A stretch of DNA of 32,000 bases, taken from assembly GCF_000019605.1 (NCBI RefSeq), contig NC_010482.1, forward strand, positions 1,020,001 through 1,052,000, given 5' to 3'. Below, one piece after another: positions 14,769 through 23,475 of this stretch. The stretch is from Candidatus Korarchaeum cryptofilum OPF8 (GTDB taxonomy: Archaea; Korarchaeota; Korarchaeia; Korarchaeales; Korarchaeaceae). Each line of letters starts with the position of its first letter. The stretch's first letter is position 1. The notes below the pieces were generated by a model that was not told where the DNA came from, made no database searches, and saw only the letters and a program-made list of their open reading frames with translations. The position numbers and the translations under genes are program-made.

Positions 14769-15833
14769 TCAATCCCTCCTCAGCTCGTATCTTACCATGA
14801 AATCGCCGGCCAGGACGGATAGTAGTATAGCCCCGTTGAATAGGTTTATGAATCCTATGGGGAGCTTGTAAGATATCATGGCATAATTTCCGCCTACTAG
14901 AAGTCCTCCATAAAGGAAGTTAGCTATTATCAAGCTGATGGGGTTCGTCCCACTCAACCAAGCGGTTATTATTGCGGAGAAGCCGTAACCCGAAAGGAAT
15001 TCTGGTGTGAACCTCTTCTGAATCCCGCAAAGCTCTCCTATTCCCGCTATTCCAGAGAGACCTCCGCTTATTACTGCGACTATCAGTAAGACCTTAGTAC
15101 TGCTTATCCCAGCAGCCCTGCTGGCATCGGGATTATCTCCTACGGCCCTTATCTCGAAGCCCCAGGTCGTCCGCCTGAGGAGGAAGTAAACTAGGAAAGC
15201 TGATGCCAGTGCTATGAGAAGAGTAGGCCAATGTATTCTGGTCCCCTCTATCACAGGCAGTTGGGAGTTAGCCGGTATAACGCTCGTATGGGCGAATCCT
15301 CCATAAGTGAGCCCACCCACTGTCTCTACGGCCTTCCACGGACCGTGTATCATATGCTGAAAGATCCAGTAGATCACGTAGTAAAGCATGAGGGTAGATA
15401 TCACATCATTCATATTGAGCCTAGCTTTCAATAAGGCTGGGATTATTCCCCAAGCTGCCCCAGCGAGGAAACCTGATATGAAGAGCAAGGGGATTTGAAT
15501 GGGGCCGGGAAGATCAAGACTGGAAGCTAATAGATAGCCGAGCATAGCTCCAGCTAACAGCTGTCCCTCAGCCCCTATGTTCCAGAAACCCGCCTTGAAT
15601 GAGAGCGATAATCCCGAGCTTATGAGGAGTAGGGGTATCATCCTCACTATGGATTCCGTCAGGCCGACGTTGGTACCGAAGACATTCAATAGGAGACCCG
15701 AGAAGAAGTCGTATGGATTTATCTCCTGCGTTAGGAGGAGTATTGATGATACTATTAAGGCCAGAGCTATAGATCCTATCCTTACAGCTATTAAAAGCCT
15801 CTTAGGAACCTCAACCCTTTTGACCAACTTCAA
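14769..15833 (-). CDS. ABC transporter permease (BMP/nucleoside-type, COG4603-like)
   Basis: 354-aa polytopic membrane protein. It lies 1 nt from the downstream permease and overlaps the ATPase gene by 23 nt. Confidence 0.88.
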   Translation of the reverse strand: MKLVKRVEVPKRLLIAVRIGSIALALIVSSILLLTQEINPYDFFSGLLLNVFGTNVGLTESIVRMIPLLLISSGLSLSFKAGFWNIGAEGQLLAGAMLGYLLASSLDLPGPIQIPLLFISGFLAGAAWGIIPALLKARLNMNDVISTLMLYYVIYWIFQHMIHGPWKAVETVGGLTYGGFAHTSVIPANSQLPVIEGTRIHWPTLLIALASAFLVYFLLRRTTWGFEIRAVGDNPDASRAAGISSTKVLLIVAVISGGLSGIAGIGELCGIQKRFTPEFLSGYGFSAIITAWLSGTNPISLIIANFLYGGLLVGGNYAMISYKLPIGFINLFNGAILLSVLAGDFMVRYELRRD

Positions 15834-17313
15834 GGGACACTCCTCCCGACATCATAAGACCCAGTTCCTCTGATGAGACCTCCCCCGGCTTGAAGATTCC
15901 TGAGAACCTTCCCTCGAACATTATAGCCACTCTATCGCTCAGTTCGAGGAGCTCCTCCAGGTCTGTAGATACGAGCAATATAGCTGAACCATTATCCCTG
16001 TGAGCGATGAGGAGGTTCCTTATATATTCGGTAGCAGATATGTCGAGGCCATGCGTTGGATTCGAAGCTACTATTAGTTTAGGATTCCCGGAAAGTTCTC
16101 TCCCGGCCACGAGCCTCTGTACATTACCCCCCGAGAGGTTTTTAGCCGGTGTATGGACTGAAGGTGCCACTATGCCGAATTCCTCCATTAAATTCTCAGC
16201 GAATTCCACTATCCTCTCATATCTCAGGATCTTCCTAGAGCTGAAGGGCTCCTTATGATATCTCTTGAGCACAGCATTCTCCGCTATACTCATGTTCTGA
16301 ACTATCCCGAACTTCATCCTGTCCTCCGGTATATAGGCCACTCCAAGCTCGGAGATCTCTCTGGGGGGCTTATTCGTGATATCCTTCCCCATAAATGTTA
16401 TCCTACCTTTCCTGACTTTCCTCAGGCCAACTATAGACTCCACTAGCTCGCTCTGACCGTTCCCGGAGACTCCCCCTATTCCGAATATCTCCCCGCCCCT
16501 AACACCGAACGACACTCCTTTAACGCTCTCCCTTCCCCTATCACCGATGACTGAAAGTTCCTTTACTTCGAGCACGAGATCTCCCTTAACGGCTTCAGAT
16601 CTCTGAGATTCGAATGTTAACTCCCTTCCTATCATCATTTTGGCGAGTTCCTCCTTAGTTGCTCTCTCTATCGGTAAAGTAGCGATCACACTACCGTTCC
16701 TCATTACGGTAACTCTATCAGCTATGGAGAAGACTTCATTGAGCTTATGGGTTATGAAGATAATGCCTTTACCATCCGATCTCATCATTTTCAAGCATTC
16801 GAATAGCTCACTCACTTCTTTTGGTGTGAGAACGGATGTAGGCTCATCCAATATTATTATATCAGCTCCTGAGAGCAATATTTTAGCTATTTCGACCCTC
16901 TGCTGCTCCCCCAGTGAGAGCTGCCATATATATGATCCCAGATCTAACTTTATCCCGTATCTCTCTATGTACTTCAGTCCCTCCTCCAGATCCCTCAACG
17001 GATTGATGAAACTTCTAGAGCAACTAAGCGCCAGATTCTCGGCGACAGTCTGGTCCTCAACGAAGAGAAAATGTTGATGAACCATACCTATTCCCAGTCT
17101 TATTGCATCCCTCGGGCTTCTTATATTGACTTTCTTACCCCTCACGTAAATTTCGCCCTCATCGGGGCGGTATAATCCGTAGAGTATGTTCATTAAAGTT
17201 GTCTTACCGGCTCCGTTTTCTCCTAACAAAGCATGTATTTCTCCTCCCTTTAAATCGAAATGAACTTTATTATTTGCCACCACATTGTGAAATCTCTTCG
17301 TTATATTTACCAT
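15811..17313 (-). CDS. ABC transporter ATP-binding protein with two fused ABC cassettes (COG3845-like)
   Basis: 500 aa. Walker A GENGAGKTTLMN, signature LSLGEQQR and Walker B IIILDEPT are in cassette 1. A second cassette has GVSGNGQSEL, LSGGNVQR and a Walker B position reading LIVASNPT. Confidence 0.93.
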   Translation of the reverse strand: MVNITKRFHNVVANNKVHFDLKGGEIHALLGENGAGKTTLMNILYGLYRPDEGEIYVRGKKVNIRSPRDAIRLGIGMVHQHFLFVEDQTVAENLALSCSRSFINPLRDLEEGLKYIERYGIKLDLGSYIWQLSLGEQQRVEIAKILLSGADIIILDEPTSVLTPKEVSELFECLKMMRSDGKGIIFITHKLNEVFSIADRVTVMRNGSVIATLPIERATKEELAKMMIGRELTFESQRSEAVKGDLVLEVKELSVIGDRGRESVKGVSFGVRGGEIFGIGGVSGNGQSELVESIVGLRKVRKGRITFMGKDITNKPPREISELGVAYIPEDRMKFGIVQNMSIAENAVLKRYHKEPFSSRKILRYERIVEFAENLMEEFGIVAPSVHTPAKNLSGGNVQRLVAGRELSGNPKLIVASNPTHGLDISATEYIRNLLIAHRDNGSAILLVSTDLEELLELSDRVAIMFEGRFSGIFKPGEVSSEELGLMMSGGVSLEVGQKG

Positions 17314-17574
17314 CTCAACTAGTCTATCGACTATGGCAATCCCCCGAGATAACTTAGGGGATTTTTAAGATATGCTACCTCCCGCTTCCCCTCTATTATT
17401 CTCAATAATTATATTGTCAGTCATTTCTCACTATAATAAATTTTCAATAAATGTTTTTATAATAAATTTATTAAACAAATAGGGCCCTTTGCATTGTACG
17501 TCTCATTTACCCTTTGATTCTTTTTATGAACGAAATCTTTTTAAATTGCTAACTCGATGATTAGCGGTGAGATC

Positions 17575-18234
17575 ATGGAGGAGGGAAGGATCCCGCTGTT
17601 AGGGGAGAAGTTCCCCGAGATCGAGGTCAAGACCACGCATGGAGTCTTCAAGCTGCCAGACCACTACAAGGGCAAGTGGTTCATCTTGTTCAGCCATCCA
17701 GCCGATTTCACACCGGTATGCACTACTGAGTTCGTTGCCTTCCAGAAGAGGTATGATGAGTTCAGGAAGCTCAATGCCGAGCTCATAGGGCTCAGCATAG
17801 ATCAGGTATTCAGCCATATAAAATGGATTGAATGGATAGAGGAGAAGCTAGGGGTTAAGATAGAGTTCCCAGTGATCGCGGACGACCTTGGCAGAGTTGC
17901 GGGAAAGCTGGGATTGATACATCCAAATAAGGGGACTAATACCGTGAGAGCTGTCTTCATAGTGGATCCCCACGGGTTCATAAGGCTGATACTCTACTAC
18001 CCGCAGGAGATAGGGAGGAACATAGATGAGATCTTGAGGGCCTTGAAGGCTCTGCAGACATCCGATAAGTACGAAGTCGCCACACCTGCGAACTGGCCGA
18101 ACAATGAGTTAATAGGTGATAAAGTGATAGTAAGACCTGCAAGCGATGTTGAGACGGCGAAGCAGAGACTAGAGCTCGCTAAGGCGAAAGAGATAGAGTG
18201 CTACGATTGGTGGTTCTGCTATAAGAAGGTCTGA
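17575..18234 (+). CDS. Peroxiredoxin (archaeal Prx6-like thiol peroxidase)
   Basis: [15 protein letters not shown] is the peroxidatic-Cys motif, with [11 protein letters not shown] and C-terminal [11 protein letters not shown] also present. I prefer ATG 17575 ([18 protein letters not shown]) because it resembles archaeal Prx N-termini and GGTGA lies 4 nt upstream. The ORF-track start at 17557 remains possible. Confidence 0.92.
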   Translation: MEEGRIPLLGEKFPEIEVKTTHGVFKLPDHYKGKWFILFSHPADFTPVCTTEFVAFQKRYDEFRKLNAELIGLSIDQVFSHIKWIEWIEEKLGVKIEFPVIADDLGRVAGKLGLIHPNKGTNTVRAVFIVDPHGFIRLILYYPQEIGRNIDEILRALKALQTSDKYEVATPANWPNNELIGDKVIVRPASDVETAKQRLELAKAKEIECYDWWFCYKKV

Positions 18235-18404
18235 ACCCCCTTCCTTTTTCATTAGCGAAAAGTTTATATTTGCAAAATGAATCTATTTTTCTGGGGAATA
18301 TTACCCCTTATAATAATTTATTGTAGCATAATTGCCCCATAATATTAAGATACTTTAACGCAATATCCTCTCTCAAGAAAAATTTCGTGGCGGGGGGATG
18401 GTAA

Positions 18405-19472
18405 ATGACTATGGAGAACCTGCGCTTCCTAGCCATGACATTCTCACTCGATCTCGCCTGGGGCCTGAGTTATATTTACCTGATGCTGGGGATCTACGAT
18501 CTACATGGTATTAATGGCTATTTCCTCGCTATAAGCTTAGGCGCAATAGTTAATTTCCTCGGAACTCTGATCTTCAGCCTTATCAAATATAGGAGACTCA
18601 TTTCAATATCGATAGCACTTTCTTCATCTCTCCTACTGTATTTCGCCCTCAATAACACTAATTACTTCATCATGAGCACCCTCCTCAGCCTCCTATCCTG
18701 CTACGAGCCGCTGATCCTTGAATCCCTGTTCGGGGAGATGGAGGAGGGCGAGGCATCTGGAACTTATTACACGATCTCAGGGCTGGGGAGTATAATAGGC
18801 CTCCTGATAGGCGGATTCCTCGTTGATAGCATAGGTATTAAGAATTTACTATTGATATCCTCTTTAGTATGCTTATTGTCCTCGATAATCGTCCCTGATG
18901 GGATAAATAGTGAGAAGGCAGATTGGGAGATGAATTCGAGTACCATAAGCCTCCTCATGCCTATCCTGATCCTAGAGGGCTTCGTAACTCCTCTCGCATA
19001 CAATTTACTAGAAATAAAACTTTATGAATTTTTCGGAAGATCTAGCTCATTAATTGGATTATTATTTTCTTTATCTATGTTATTAGATATAATATTCGGA
19101 CCATTAATAGGAAAGTTGGTCGACAGGGCTGGGGGAATGATATCCTTCCTCTCCTCAAGCTCCCTTCTCCTAGCACACTTAATCCTATGCGCACTCCTTG
19201 AAGATGGAATCATCCTTATATCACTTCTCCTCATCCCAATCCAACCCTTCTACTACTCCTCCAGGAACAAGTTCGCTATCGAACTCACAGGAAGGCCTGA
19301 AGGTATGTCTATATCCCTTCCGATAGCGACGAGCTCCCTATCACACGCAATATTCTATGGGATATACCCGTCCCTCATGAACTTCCTCAACTACGCGATC
19401 CCCCTACTCTCCGTCCTCTATTTCATCGCACTAATTCCCTTAAAGCTCAAACCTCCTGATATGAGCTTTTAA
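18405..19472 (+). CDS. MFS-type transporter (substrate unknown)
   Basis: 355 aa with about 10-12 hydrophobic helices. GPLIGKLVDRAGG resembles MFS motif A (GxLxDRxGr). The protein is short for a 12-TM MFS. Confidence 0.65.
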   Translation: MTMENLRFLAMTFSLDLAWGLSYIYLMLGIYDLHGINGYFLAISLGAIVNFLGTLIFSLIKYRRLISISIALSSSLLLYFALNNTNYFIMSTLLSLLSCYEPLILESLFGEMEEGEASGTYYTISGLGSIIGLLIGGFLVDSIGIKNLLLISSLVCLLSSIIVPDGINSEKADWEMNSSTISLLMPILILEGFVTPLAYNLLEIKLYEFFGRSSSLIGLLFSLSMLLDIIFGPLIGKLVDRAGGMISFLSSSSLLLAHLILCALLEDGIILISLLLIPIQPFYYSSRNKFAIELTGRPEGMSISLPIATSSLSHAIFYGIYPSLMNFLNYAIPLLSVLYFIALIPLKLKPPDMSF

Positions 19473-19549
19473 CTCCAGAAGCGCCCAGTTCATGAGTTAG
19501 CGAAAATTGGGGAAGCTTCTATTCACTTAACCGGGCTATGATATTCTCT

Positions 19550-20197
19550 TTAGGCTCTCGCATTTCTCAACAAGCTCTTGGCAACCTCGACAGCCTCTAT
19601 CGCATTTTTAGCCCATCCATCAGCACCTATTGACTTCGCGAACTCTGGTGAGGTGGAAAGACCTCCTATAAGCACTTTCACCCTCTCCCTAAGTCCCTCC
19701 TCCTCCAGCCTCCTTATAACAACGCTCATATAATCCCGGGTCGTCGTCAGGAGGGAACTCATCGCCAATATGTCAGCTCTATATTCCTTAACAGCCCTTA
19801 TGAATGTATCTGCATCCACATCGACTCCAAGATCGATTACCTTAAAGCCCGAGGCCTTAAGCATAGTCGCCACTAGACTCTTCCCTATATCGTGAACATC
19901 CCCCTTAACCGTTCCTATGACAACGGTCCCTAAGTTACCGCCTCCCTCAGCCCCTATCCCCAGCTTATCGAGGGCCTTCTTGAATATTGATGCAGCTTTC
20001 AGCATCTCTGCTATGAAGTACTCGCCTTCCTCGAATAATTTCCCTATCTCCTCCATCGCCTCACTCATCGGGCCGAGTATTATCTTCCATGGATCCTCCC
20101 CTGAGGAGATGAGCTCCTCGAGGTACTTCATGAAGCTTTCCTCGTCCAGATTAACCAAAGAATCCTTTAATAGAATCTCCTTTTCCCTAAGACTCAA
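19550..20197 (-). CDS. Stand-alone cobalamin (B12)-binding protein with helical cap plus Rossmann domain (corrinoid-protein/CarH-like architecture)
   Basis: 215 aa. DVHDIGK (DxHxxG, nt 19883-19900), SSLL (SxL) and LIGG motifs are present. The N-terminal ~80-aa helical cap (EDPWKIILGPMSEAMEEIGKLFEEGEYFIAEML) resembles MtaC/MetH-cap proteins. TTG start. Its SD GAGGTGAT overlaps the upstream gene's TGA stop. Confidence 0.88.
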   Translation of the reverse strand: MSLREKEILLKDSLVNLDEESFMKYLEELISSGEDPWKIILGPMSEAMEEIGKLFEEGEYFIAEMLKAASIFKKALDKLGIGAEGGGNLGTVVIGTVKGDVHDIGKSLVATMLKASGFKVIDLGVDVDADTFIRAVKEYRADILAMSSLLTTTRDYMSVVIRRLEEEGLRERVKVLIGGLSTSPEFAKSIGADGWAKNAIEAVEVAKSLLRNARA

Positions 20198-20210
20198 TTA
20201 TATCACCTCA

Positions 20211-21326
20211 TCAGAGCCTATTAGCTGATGTCCTTAGCCTGTAAACTCTCTTCATCCTCCTCTTATATAGCTTCCTCTCCGAGGAGATTAGGCCCATTCT
20301 CGAGAGCTTGAGGAGGGCTTTATAGACACCTTGCAGGGTCGCTCCTTCCACTAGTCTCCATATTTGGTATGCGGTCATCTCCTTCCCATCCCTCATGACC
20401 TCCAGGATCCTCCTCTGAAGCTCCGTGAGGGGGGCGAATGAACCGACCCTCCATCTCCTCATACTGGATCCCGTCAGTAGGGCCACGTATTCACTCCCGA
20501 GTCTAGAGGCGGCTGAGTAGGCCATAGCTGAGATCGGCTTCACGTATATGCCCATCTTCGCTAACTTTATGAAGGACTCCATCGTATCCTTAGTATCCAA
20601 GCTCATCGTCCTAGCCCCTAGGGACTTCAGAAATTCGATGAATTCCCCTCCAATACCGCTATAGTGGACTAAGTATATCCGGGGCATCTCCATCAGACCC
20701 ATCTCCTCCAGTTCCCTGAATCCCTTGATTATCCCGTATGCCAGGATACCGGATTCCGAGGGTATAACTACTCCATCGAATTTGCCCTTGAACTCGTAGA
20801 GCTCATAAGCTATTGTCTTGAATCCCTCTATCATGAAGGGGTTCTCGTACGAGGCTCTCGTTTCCCTGACGCTGAAGGATATCGGTATCTTGAGCTGTGA
20901 GAGGTAGAGAAGCTCGCTGACATCGACTTCTTCGGGATTGACGATGACCCTCACTTCCTTCCCAGAAGCGATCAAATAGGATGCCAGGGAGATAGTGACA
21001 TCCCGCAGGAACTCGAGCTCCCCAATGGCCATGTTCGAGGAACTGACCATAACAGAGGATCCCCTATCTACGTAGGATCCAGTGGGATTCCTGGTCTCAT
21101 CCTTAACGAGGACCCCATCCACTCTCCTCAAGTCAGTTAAGCCTTCCCCCAAGCTGACTATCCTTTCGGCATGAGGTAAAAGACTTTTATACCTCCAAAT
21201 CGAGGGCTCCCTCTCATCAACAGACCAAATTAGCTTTTCTGGTACTATTTCCATCGGGAAGCCGCATTTACAGACCCAATCACTGCTAGATGTGGCGCCG
21301 CACCTGGGGCACTTAAAAAGAGTCAA
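20211..21326 (-). CDS. Threonine-synthase-like (fold-type II PLP) protein lacking the PLP lysine, with an N-terminal Zn ribbon and a C-terminal winged-helix domain
   Basis: 371 aa. The Zn ribbon CPRCG...CKCG and IWRYKSLLP...VSLGEGLTDL align with ThrC N-termini. The motif reads NPTGSYVDRG, whereas ThrC/fold-II enzymes have NPTGSFKDRG (Lys replaced by Val, aa 86). The Gly-rich phosphate loop is degenerate (IPSESGILAYG). The C-terminus (aa 300-363), LTELQRRILEVMRDGKEMTAYQIWRLVEG...VYKALLKLSRMGLISSE, is MarR/PadR-like wHTH. TTG start; the start position is uncertain. Confidence 0.8.
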   Translation of the reverse strand: MTLFKCPRCGATSSSDWVCKCGFPMEIVPEKLIWSVDEREPSIWRYKSLLPHAERIVSLGEGLTDLRRVDGVLVKDETRNPTGSYVDRGSSVMVSSSNMAIGELEFLRDVTISLASYLIASGKEVRVIVNPEEVDVSELLYLSQLKIPISFSVRETRASYENPFMIEGFKTIAYELYEFKGKFDGVVIPSESGILAYGIIKGFRELEEMGLMEMPRIYLVHYSGIGGEFIEFLKSLGARTMSLDTKDTMESFIKLAKMGIYVKPISAMAYSAASRLGSEYVALLTGSSMRRWRVGSFAPLTELQRRILEVMRDGKEMTAYQIWRLVEGATLQGVYKALLKLSRMGLISSERKLYKRRMKRVYRLRTSANRL

Positions 21327-21347
21327 GGTGGGAACCCTTAAAAAGGA

Positions 21348-22565
21348 TCATTTCTGCTTATACGGCAGGTGCTCAGATCCGAAGAGGAACCTCGCCAGTA
21401 TGAGCCTCATTATGTTTTGTCCTCCCTCGGCACCGACGTAATAGCTAAGGACTCCTCTCATAGCCATCTCCAGCGGCGTATCCTTCGTATAACCGTAAGC
21501 TCCAGTAGCTTTCATGAATTCCTTTATAGCATCAACAGCGATCTCAGGTGCGAGTAACTTCGCCATCGCAGCCCAGAAGCCCACATCCCTCAGAGTAGCA
21601 TTGCCCTGATCGTACTGATCCACCATCCAGGCTGCTTTATACATAACGAGTCTGGCCGCCTCTATCTTAGAGTAGTAATCGACTAGTGGGAACTGGATGC
21701 CCTCGAATGATGCTAGGGTCCTCCCGAAGAGTACCCTGTTCTTGACGTAATCCCTAGTGTAATCGAACATAGCCATAGCTGAACCAGTGCATCCCGCTGA
21801 GACGAATACTCTAGCTCTGTTGAAACCTTCCATAGCTATCTCGAATCCCTCATTGACCCTCCCTATAAGATGATCCTCAGTTAGCTTAACGTTATTCAGC
21901 CTGATCCAGCCCGTGCTTATGCCGCACCTCCCCATGTCATCGAAGAGGCCCGTCTCTATGCCCTGAGCATTTATCGGTAGGTAGAAGAGGCTTATCCCCT
22001 TGGATCCAGCCTCGGGCTTCGTCTTCACGAGGGTCACATAGCCACCATCCACTTCCTTAGCCTCAACTATACCGCTTATATAGGTCTTCTCACCATTGAG
22101 GACCCAGTGATCTCCCTCCTTCTTTGCTATCGTCCTGAACCCAGCTACATCACTCCCGCCCTGGGGCTCTGTTGAGCAGATGCCCACGAACCCCTCCCCC
22201 TTGGCTGCCCTGCTGAGGACCTCCTTAGCAAGCTCGGGTTTCGCGTACCTCTCCACTATCTTCCCCCAGGAGGCCTCGACCAGGTGGAAAACAGCGGTAG
22301 CTACGCTGGGATCTGCTCTAGCTATCTCCTCAGTAGCTATCGTACCCATGACCCAGCTGGCCCCCTGCCCCCCGTATTCCGGCTTCACTGTCAGAAGCAG
22401 AATGCCGCTCTCAGCGAGCGCGCTTATCACTTCCCTCGGTATCCTGCAGTTCCTATCTATCTCCCTAGCCCTGGGGGCCAGGACCTCGGATAACAGCTCC
22501 CTCAGGGTTTTCCTGAAGACCTCTTCCTCCTCGGTGAATGAGAAATCCACCAAACGATCACCCAC
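21348..22565 (-). CDS. Acyl-CoA dehydrogenase
   Basis: 405 aa with the typical ACAD layout: FTEEEEVFRKTLRE N-terminus, CSTEPQGGSDVAG and a C-terminal helical domain. The listed start is GTG 22565. An in-frame GTG at 22550 (MDFSFTEEEE) with GGTGAT 6 nt upstream may be the real start. Confidence 0.92.
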   Translation of the reverse strand: MGDRLVDFSFTEEEEVFRKTLRELLSEVLAPRAREIDRNCRIPREVISALAESGILLLTVKPEYGGQGASWVMGTIATEEIARADPSVATAVFHLVEASWGKIVERYAKPELAKEVLSRAAKGEGFVGICSTEPQGGSDVAGFRTIAKKEGDHWVLNGEKTYISGIVEAKEVDGGYVTLVKTKPEAGSKGISLFYLPINAQGIETGLFDDMGRCGISTGWIRLNNVKLTEDHLIGRVNEGFEIAMEGFNRARVFVSAGCTGSAMAMFDYTRDYVKNRVLFGRTLASFEGIQFPLVDYYSKIEAARLVMYKAAWMVDQYDQGNATLRDVGFWAAMAKLLAPEIAVDAIKEFMKATGAYGYTKDTPLEMAMRGVLSYYVGAEGGQNIMRLILARFLFGSEHLPYKQK

Positions 22566-22585
22566 GAACTGCGCACCTAAAAATT

Positions 22586-22663
22586 AAAAAGTTTAGCTCT
22601 AAGGCGCCCGGGCTATTCCGGGGGACCCTAGCGGGGGTCCGGCTAATTGAGGTCAAACTTTTT
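22586..22663. promoter_or_regulatory. Mirror-symmetric divergent promoter region: inverted 9-mers AAAAAGTTT / AAACTTTTT flanking a GC-rich double hairpin
   Basis: aaaaagttt (22586-22594) and aaacttttt (22655-22663) are exact reverse complements. Between them lie hairpin cccgg(22607-11)/ccggg(22618-22) and hairpin ggaccc(22623-28)/gggtcc(22635-40). The element sits between the ACAD (-) and etfB (+) starts. Confidence 0.5.
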
Positions 22664-22695
22664 CTTAAACAACTGCATCGAATTGAGGTGTCCCT

Positions 22696-23475
22696 ATGGA
22701 TATAGCCGTACTCGTCAAACAGTCCCTAGACGTTCAGCAACTGGCTATCGATAGTAGGACCGGGAAGATATATTTAGATGAAGCCCCAACGAAAGCGGGC
22801 GACATAGAGCTCAATGCCGCTGAGGAGGCCGTCAGGATAAAGGAGAAAGTTGGGGGCAAAGCTGTTGCAATAATGCTCTCATACTTCGGCTCCTCTGGAA
22901 GGAGGTTGAAGGAAGCGAGAGAAGCTTTAACGAGGCTTCTGGCGATGGGGATTGATGAAGCATTGCTCCTCCTCAGCAATCAGTACATGGACACTTACTC
23001 AGCTGCTAAATTGCTTTCGGAGGAGATAAGGGGGAAATATCAGTTAGTGCTAGCTGGCGAGGGTAGCGAGGATAACTTCTCAGGAGTCCTGCCAGCTAGA
23101 GTAGCTGCGGAGCTCGGTTGGCCCTACCTCTCCTATGCTACAAGTATAGAGGTCAACGGGGATGAAATAAAAGTCACGAGGAGCTTGGAGGATTATGATG
23201 AAGTCGTATCCCTGAAGCTGCCTGCCGTGATATCTGTGACTCAGGAGATAAATCAACCCAGGATACCCACTGTCCTCCACATAATGAAGGCATCGAAGAA
23301 ACCGATAGTGCAGAAGGAGGTTCAGGCGACTGTGGAGCCCAAGGTCAAGGTTAAGGAGATCAAGGCCCTGAGAGTTGAGAGGAAGAGGATTATCATTGAG
23401 GGAGAGCTTGAGGAAGCTATAGAGAAGCTTATCGATGCTTTAAGGAGCGAGGGACTCCTAGAGGTGAGAGGATGA
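22696..23475 (+). CDS. etfB: Electron transfer flavoprotein beta subunit
   Basis: 259 aa with MDIAVLVKQ... N-terminus, LLLLS..., LAGEGSEDNFSGVLPARVAELGWP and a C-terminal arm. SD GAGGTG at 22685-22690. ATGA overlap with etfA. Confidence 0.92.
   Translation: MDIAVLVKQSLDVQQLAIDSRTGKIYLDEAPTKAGDIELNAAEEAVRIKEKVGGKAVAIMLSYFGSSGRRLKEAREALTRLLAMGIDEALLLLSNQYMDTYSAAKLLSEEIRGKYQLVLAGEGSEDNFSGVLPARVAAELGWPYLSYATSIEVNGDEIKVTRSLEDYDEVVSLKLPAVISVTQEINQPRIPTVLHIMKASKKPIVQKEVQATVEPKVKVKEIKALRVERKRIIIEGELEEAIEKLIDALRSEGLLEVRG

Noticed and set aside
18252-18261. The 10-mer TTAGCGAAAA occurs about 20 nt downstream of both the peroxiredoxin stop (18252-18261) and the MFS stop (19497-19506). It could be a shared 3' element.
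   Set aside because: A single 10-mer match among roughly 1.5 kb of intergenic sequence is about what chance allows by my rough estimate. No flanking similarity or structure supports it.
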